The notes beneath the pieces were generated by a model, which was given only the letters and a program-made list of their open reading frames with translations, was not told the origin of the DNA and ran no database searches. Both the position numbers and the translations under genes were made by a program. From assembly GCA_965248265.1 (NCBI GenBank), contig CBDFJF010000002.1, positions 3,072,001 to 3,136,000 of the forward strand: a stretch of DNA of 64,000 nt, written 5' to 3'. This DNA is from Candidatus Latescibacterota bacterium (GTDB taxonomy: Bacteria > Latescibacterota > UBA2968 > UBA8231). This document shows positions 58,235-64,000 of the stretch, piece by piece (position 1 is the stretch's first letter; each line of letters opens with the position of its first letter).

Positions 58235-58945
58235 ATGGCACGACGAGGAAAGAAATACAGGAGTTCCTGCGAATCCTTCGACCGGCGCAAGACGTATTCC
58301 TGGGAAGAGGCCATCGCGATCTTACGCACCTTTCCCAAGCGTGGCTTCGATGAGGCGGTGGAGTTGTCCTTCAATCTGGGCATCGATGGTCGGCAAGCCG
58401 ATCAGGCGCTTCGGGGCACCGTGATGTTGCCCCACGGGAGTGGTCGCGACATTCGCGTTGTCGTGATCACGCAAGGAGATCTCGTAGCCGAAGCGGAGGA
58501 AAACGGAGCCGACTTCGTGGGGGGAGCCGAGCTCGCTGAGAAGATTCAGAAGGGGTGGCTGGATTTCGACATGGTGATTGCCTCCCCTGACATGATGGGA
58601 CAGGTCGGCAAGCTCGGTCGCATTCTGGGACCGCGAGGCATGATGCCGAATCCGAAAACGGGAACGGTCACTCGCGAGATCGGTGAGGCCGTGAAGCAGG
58701 CGAAATCCGGCCGAGTGGAGTTTCGTGCGGACAACAAGTCCGGCAACAATGCGCAGGCAGCGATCGGCAGGGTCTCCTTTGGAGACAAGGAACTCTTAGA
58801 GAATGTCGAGGCATTCTCCGAGGCCATCTTCCGATCGAAGCCCTCCGGGTCGAAGGGCCAATACGTTCGCAAGCTGATGCTGTCGTCGACGATGGGGCCT
58901 GGCGTGCGTATCGATCCCGCAGTCCTGACTTCTTCATCGAGGTAG
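58235..58945 (+). CDS. rplA: 50S ribosomal protein L1
   Basis: LPHG, LGPRGMMPNPKTGTV, SSTMGPG. Confidence 0.99.
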   Translation: MARRGKKYRSSCESFDRRKTYSWEEAIAILRTFPKRGFDEAVELSFNLGIDGRQADQALRGTVMLPHGSGRDIRVVVITQGDLVAEAEENGADFVGGAELAEKIQKGWLDFDMVIASPDMMGQVGKLGRILGPRGMMPNPKTGTVTREIGEAVKQAKSGRVEFRADNKSGNNAQAAIGRVSFGDKELLENVEAFSEAIFRSKPSGSKGQYVRKLMLSSTMGPGVRIDPAVLTSSSR

Positions 58946-58947
58946 TC

Positions 58948-59484
58948 ATGCCGACCGAGCAAAAAGCAGAGACCGTCAACGACCTGTCACAGCAGATGAC
59001 CGCGGCCAAATCCATCGTTTTGGCTGATTTTACCGGCCTCGATGTCGCTTCCGTGACCCAGTTGAGGCGCTCCTTGCGCAGTGCCTCCGTCGACTATCGA
59101 GTGGTCAAGAATCGCCTGGCGAAGCGTGCGGCTTCCGATGCCGGGCTATCCAGCCTCGAGGAATTTTTCAGCGGTCCGACCGCCATGGCGTTCGGCCTCG
59201 ATGATCCGCTTGAGCCCGTAAGGGTGCTGCAGAAATTCGTCGACACCGGCGGGAAAATTGCCATCAAATCCGGTTTCTTGGATGGCCAGGTGTTGTCCCC
59301 AGAGCAGGTGAAGGAACTGGCGTCCCTGCCGTCGAGGGATGAGCTCATCGGCAAGGTGATCGGCGCGGTGCAGTCACCGATGTACGGCCTGGTAGGCGTT
59401 TTCAGTACGCTGTTGCGCAACTTGGCCGGTGTCGTATCGGCGATCGAGGAGGCCAAGAAACAGGAGTCGGAAGCAGGAAAATAG
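58948..59484 (+). CDS. rplJ: 50S ribosomal protein L10
   Basis: DFTGL…LRR…VVKNRL, LASLPSRDEL. Confidence 0.97.
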   Translation: MPTEQKAETVNDLSQQMTAAKSIVLADFTGLDVASVTQLRRSLRSASVDYRVVKNRLAKRAASDAGLSSLEEFFSGPTAMAFGLDDPLEPVRVLQKFVDTGGKIAIKSGFLDGQVLSPEQVKELASLPSRDELIGKVIGAVQSPMYGLVGVFSTLLRNLAGVVSAIEEAKKQESEAGK

Positions 59485-59529
59485 AAGGGATACTATCAGC
59501 GAAACGTCAAACCTGGAGGACGTCAGGCA

Positions 59530-59928
59530 ATGAGCGAGAATGGCAGTCTCACTCCCAAGATAGAAGAGATCATCAATACCATTGGAGAGCTTTCGGTTCT
59601 GGAGTTGGCAGAACTGGTCAAAGCCCTCGAGGACAAGTTCGGTGTTTCCGCTGCTGCGCCCGTGATGATGGCGGGTGCTGCTCCCGCCGGTGAGGCTGCG
59701 GAAGCCGAAGTCGAGCAGGTTGAGTTCGACGTCGTGTTGACGAGCGCCGGTGACAAGAAGATTCAGGTCATCAAGATCGTGCGCGAAATCACCAGTCTCG
59801 GATTGAAGGAAGCCAAGGCCCTTGTCGATGAGGCCCCCAAGGCCGTCAAAGAAGCGATCTCCAAGCAGGAAGCTGAAGAGATACAGGGTCGCCTGTCAGA
59901 AGCTGGAGCGACCGCTGAGATCAAGTAG
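59530..59928 (+). CDS. rplL: 50S ribosomal protein L7/L12
   Basis: [36 protein letters not shown]. Confidence 0.99.
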   Translation: MSENGSLTPKIEEIINTIGELSVLELAELVKALEDKFGVSAAAPVMMAGAAPAGEAAEAEVEQVEFDVVLTSAGDKKIQVIKIVREITSLGLKEAKALVDEAPKAVKEAISKQEAEEIQGRLSEAGATAEIK

Positions 59929-60352
59929 TCGACGGGGGGAGACCACCCGGCGTCTACCGAGATGGCAGCGGCATCTGCAGTCCCTCAAAGAAGGCTCACC
60001 GCGCGCCAACGGCGCGCGCCTCTACGCGAGTGAGCACGGTTTGCTGTGTGCGGGTCGTGCTATGCAGGCCGCGAGGCGTATAGGTGTGTGTAAGTACTGT
60101 GAGCCGTCATCTACCGTCATCTCCTGCAGTGGTTGCGGGTGCGTGCTGGGTTACTCCGTGCATCAGCATCATCTTTGTGTTCCACGAAATGAGGGCACGC
60201 CCTCATCATCTTGGAGTAAACTCCGAGGAATCGGCGCCAAGTCGGTTCCCGGTCGTCCTGCTAGCTAATGGACGCGTGCAGAATAACGTTCGCAAGTCAG
60301 TTACGCAGAACCCGCAGGTTGGGTAAACGGTAACGGAAAAGGAGCAATTGAA

Positions 60353-63300
60353 TTGAACGTTACGCGGAATGGAAGCACCAACGGCCATATCGAAAGGCAG
60401 TCTTTCGGCAAGATCCGGGAAGTCGTCGAAATGCCGAATCTGTTGGAAGTCCAAATCCAGTCGTATCGATCATTTCTCCAGCTGGAAACGCCCCCCCGCA
60501 AACGTGATCAACGGGGTCTGAACGCAGTCTTCGAGAGTATATTTCCGATCTCCGACACGAAGGAGATCTACACCCTCGAGTACGTCGATTACGGCATTGG
60601 CAATCCACGATACAGCGTCGAAGAGTGCCGCGAACGCGGGATGACCTTCGCCGCGCCGCTGCGAGCGACGTTGCGATTGATTGCTCGCGACAAGGATGCT
60701 CCCGACAAACCTGTAAAAGGGGTTGTTGAGCAATCCGTCTTTCTTGGCGAACTGCCGCTGATGACCGAACAGGGCACCTTCGTTGTCAATGGCGCAGAGC
60801 GTGTAGTCGTGAGTCAGTTGCACCGTTCGCCAGGTGTGTTCTTCGACGAAAGCATACATCCAAACGGCAAGCGGTTGTTATCGGCTCGGATCTTGCCAAC
60901 CAAGGGACCCTGGCTCGAATTCAGCATGGACATCAACGACATCATGTATGTCCATATCGACCGGCGACGAAAACTACCCGTGTCGTTGCTACTGCGCGCA
61001 CTCGGCTTTTCCAGTAACGGCGAGATCACCGCGCTCTTCCGCCCAGAAGAGGACGTCGAAATCGATGACGAGATGATCGGACGTTATGTTGGCTCAGCAG
61101 ATGTCGTCGACAAACGCAGCGGTGAGGTGGTCGCAGAGGCCTATCAAGAGGTCACCGAGGAGATTCTGGAAGGTCTCAAGGGAACGCGTTTCAAGCGCAT
61201 CAAGATGTTGGCCATTCCGGATCCCAATGATCCCGGCGTGATCGAGAACACGATCAAGAAAGATCCGAGCGAATCAGAAGAGGATGCTCTTACCAGGATT
61301 TACAATCTTCTGCGACCGGGAGATCCACCCAACATCGAGACCGCCCGAGGCCTGTTGGAGCGCCTGTTTTTCAATCCCAAGCGCTACAACCTGGGTGACG
61401 TCGGCCGGCATCGAATCAATCGGCGCCTCGACCTCGACATTCCGGCGGAAAGCACTGTTCTCCATCTAGAAGATTTCATGGCCATCATCCGTTACCTCCT
61501 GCAGTTGCGCGAGGGTGCGGGTTTTACGGATGACATCGACCATCTCGGTAATCGTCGTATCCGTCTGGTTGGAGAGTTGCTGGCGAACCAGTTCAGCATC
61601 GGTCTCACCCGTATGGCTCGCACCATACGAGAGCGCATGAGCCTGCGAGACGAGGACCAGGTAACGCCGCACGATCTGGTTAACGCGCGGACGGTTTCTA
61701 CCGTCATCCAGGCGTTTTTCGGCAGCAGTCAGCTGTCGCAGTTCATGCAACAGAACAACCCGTTGGATGAACTGACGCACAAGCGTCGTTTGAGCGCGCT
61801 GGGGCCGGGAGGCCTGAGCAGGGATCGTGCAGGCTTCGAGGTGCGCGATGTGCACTACACGCACTATGGTCGTATCTGCCCGATTGAGACGCCGGAAGGC
61901 CCCAATATCGGACTGATTTCCTCGTTGAGTACCTACGCACGCGTCAATGCCTTCGGCTTCCTCGAGACGCCCTATCGCAAGGTCATCAACGGCAAGGCGA
62001 CGGATGATATTGAATTCCTGTCCGCGGACCAGGAGGATCGCTTCACCATCGCCCAGGCCAATGAGCCGCTCAACGACGACGGCAGCTTTGCGAATCAGTT
62101 GGTGAAGGCGCGGAAGCGGGATGACTATCCGATGGTTCATCCGAAGGAAACGCAGTACATGGATGTGTCTCCGAGGCAACTCGTGAGTGCCGCTGCCGCG
62201 TTGATTCCTTTTCTGGAGCACGACGATGCCAACCGCGCTCTCATGGGTTCCAACATGCAGCGCCAGGCCGTGCCGCTGTTGTTCACGGAAGCTCCAAGGG
62301 TGGGTACCGGCATGGAGAGCAAGGTTGCCCAGGATTCAGGTGCCGTCGTGCTGGCGCGCAATCCCGGCGAAGTCATCGAGGTGTCTTCCGATCGCATCGT
62401 GGTGCGTCGAGACAAGAAGCGGAGCACGCCGATGACTCCTCTCGATACCGCTGAGGTCGACGAATACCGCCTGACCAAGTTCGTGCGTTCGAACCAGGAT
62501 TGCTGCATCAACCAGCGTCCTCTGGTAGCGGTGGGAAGCCAAGTGGCCAAACAGCAGGTAATCGCCGATGGCCCGGCCACTCAGTCCGGGGATCTGGCCC
62601 TGGGCATGAACGCGCTCGTCGCCTTCATGCCGTGGAACGGCTACAACTTCGAGGACGCCATCGTCATCAGTGAGCGTTTGCTGAAGATTGACGTATTCAC
62701 GAGTGTCCACATCGAGGAGTTCGAGCTCCAGGTGCGTGACACCAAGCGTGGCCAGGAGGAAATCACCCGCGAGATTCCCAATGTCAGCGAGATCGCCGTG
62801 CGCAATCTGGACGATGAGGGCATCGTCCGCATCGGCGCCGAGGTCGGTCCCGGTGACATTCTCGTGGGCAAGGTCACTCCCAAGGGCGAGACGGAACTGT
62901 CTCCGGAAGAGCGTCTGCTGCGCGCGATTTTCGGAGAGAAAGCCGGGGATGTCCGAGATGCGTCGCTGAAGGCGCCTCCGGGAATGGAAGGCGTCGTCAT
63001 CGGTCGCAAGGTGTTTTCCCGTAAAGACCGCGGAGAGGCGTCCCGCAAGAAGGAAAAAGCTGAAATCGCAGAATCTCGCGAGCGGGCTGACGAACGCCTG
63101 GCTGAGCTGCGCAAGGAGCGCGATCGGCAGTTGCTGGGGTTGTTAGGGGGGCACAAGCTCGGCCGACTCCGCAGCCAGGAGGACAACAGCGTCGTCGTCA
63201 GGGAGGGCACCGAGATCAGCGATCGCCTGCTCGAGCGAACTGATTTCGCCACGGTCACTCCCGAGGACGGATGGGTCGACAGGCCCTCTGTCAATGACAA

Positions 63301-64000
63301 GGTCGACAATCTGCTGCGCTATGCGCGCGAGCAGATGCAATTGATCGAAGAGCAGACGGAACGTGCGGCAGAACGGTTGACGCGCGGAGACGAGTTGCCA
63401 CCGGGGATTATTCAACTGGTCCGTGTCTACGTCGCCAAGAAGCGCAAGCTGTCTGTCGGCGACAAGATGGCTGGACGCCACGGAAACAAGGGAGTTGTGG
63501 CGGCCGTCGTCCCCGAGGAGGACATGCCCTACATGGAGGATGGGACACCCATCGACATCGTCCTAAACCCGCTGGGCGTGCCGTCCCGGATGAACTTGGG
63601 GCAGATTTTTGAAACGCACCTGGGGTGGGCTGCCGATGCGCTGGGCATTCACGTGGCCACACCGGTGTTCGACGGAGCGACGCAATCAGAGGTTAAGGAC
63701 CTGCTGGAGAAAGCCAATTTGCCCACCGACGGTAAGGCCATCTTGTTCGACGGTCGTACAGGGCAACAGCTTCACAAGAAAGTGACCGTCGGTTTCATTT
63801 ATATGCTCAAGCTCACTCATCTCGTAGCGGACAAGATCCATGCGCGCTCGATCGGTCCCTACTCCCTGGTTACTCAGCAACCATTGGGTGGCAAGGCACA
63901 GTTTGGCGGCCAGCGTTTTGGAGAGATGGAAGTGTGGGCGCTGGAGGCTTATGGCTCCGCCTACACCCTGCAGGAAATGTTGACTGTGAAATCGGACGAC
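60353..64000 (+). CDS. rpoB: RNA polymerase beta subunit, 3'-truncated by the window edge
   Basis: TTG start after AAGGAG, in frame with the last codons of the window. Motifs [60 protein letters not shown]. Confidence 0.99.
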   Translation, partial: MNVTRNGSTNGHIERQSFGKIREVVEMPNLLEVQIQSYRSFLQLETPPRKRDQRGLNAVFESIFPISDTKEIYTLEYVDYGIGNPRYSVEECRERGMTFAAPLRATLRLIARDKDAPDKPVKGVVEQSVFLGELPLMTEQGTFVVNGAERVVVSQLHRSPGVFFDESIHPNGKRLLSARILPTKGPWLEFSMDINDIMYVHIDRRRKLPVSLLLRALGFSSNGEITALFRPEEDVEIDDEMIGRYVGSADVVDKRSGEVVAEAYQEVTEEILEGLKGTRFKRIKMLAIPDPNDPGVIENTIKKDPSESEEDALTRIYNLLRPGDPPNIETARGLLERLFFNPKRYNLGDVGRHRINRRLDLDIPAESTVLHLEDFMAIIRYLLQLREGAGFTDDIDHLGNRRIRLVGELLANQFSIGLTRMARTIRERMSLRDEDQVTPHDLVNARTVSTVIQAFFGSSQLSQFMQQNNPLDELTHKRRLSALGPGGLSRDRAGFEVRDVHYTHYGRICPIETPEGPNIGLISSLSTYARVNAFGFLETPYRKVINGKATDDIEFLSADQEDRFTIAQANEPLNDDGSFANQLVKARKRDDYPMVHPKETQYMDVSPRQLVSAAAALIPFLEHDDANRALMGSNMQRQAVPLLFTEAPRVGTGMESKVAQDSGAVVLARNPGEVIEVSSDRIVVRRDKKRSTPMTPLDTAEVDEYRLTKFVRSNQDCCINQRPLVAVGSQVAKQQVIADGPATQSGDLALGMNALVAFMPWNGYNFEDAIVISERLLKIDVFTSVHIEEFELQVRDTKRGQEEITREIPNVSEIAVRNLDDEGIVRIGAEVGPGDILVGKVTPKGETELSPEERLLRAIFGEKAGDVRDASLKAPPGMEGVVIGRKVFSRKDRGEASRKKEKAEIAESRERADERLAELRKERDRQLLGLLGGHKLGRLRSQEDNSVVVREGTEISDRLLERTDFATVTPEDGWVDRPSVNDKVDNLLRYAREQMQLIEEQTERAAERLTRGDELPPGIIQLVRVYVAKKRKLSVGDKMAGRHGNKGVVAAVVPEEDMPYMEDGTPIDIVLNPLGVPSRMNLGQIFETHLGWAADALGIHVATPVFDGATQSEVKDLLEKANLPTDGKAILFDGRTGQQLHKKVTVGFIYMLKLTHLVADKIHARSIGPYSLVTQQPLGGKAQFGGQRFGEMEVWALEAYGSAYTLQEMLTVKSDD

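Noticed and set aside
60470-63880. Many minus-strand ORFs at the right end
   Set aside because: They are shadows of rpoB, which the ORF track omits because it has no stop within the window.

Overview
A GC-rich (~60%) stretch of bacterial chromosome that is mostly core genome. Gene style suggests an uncultured FCB-superphylum organism such as Latescibacterota or Gemmatimonadota, but this is inference only. Left to right: sugar-modifying genes, an MFS transporter, a hybrid kinase, a broken Zn-dehydrogenase, solo dnaK, uvrB, a MerR-receiver regulator, an acoAB/pdhAB-like cluster, a sulfite/nitrite reductase-ferredoxin module, a coupled CinA-like/nucleotidyltransferase-M20-nnrDE cluster, carB-TPR-pyrK-pyrD-rlpA, stand-alone rplC and infC, zapA, an FAD/Fe-S dehydrogenase plus LarA-family racemase, ygfZ-like, sbcCD, greA, and the tRNA-rpmG-secE-nusG-rplKAJL-rpoB cluster (rpoB runs off the right edge). 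I saw no CRISPR array, cas, transposase, integrase or prophage genes. The most notable signals are non-coding or organisational: (i) a sigma70 promoter bracketed by two NrdR-like boxes that would make a ~73-nt terminated RNA upstream of zapA, with a candidate 6S RNA downstream; (ii) a sigma54/IHF/enhancer promoter on dnaK; (iii) broken-up translation operons (solo rplC, solo ATC-start infC, no tuf after tRNA-Thr, no L10 leader); (iv) a greA leader terminator; (v) a possible NAD salvage/repair operon. All calls come from reading motifs by eye; no database searches were run.
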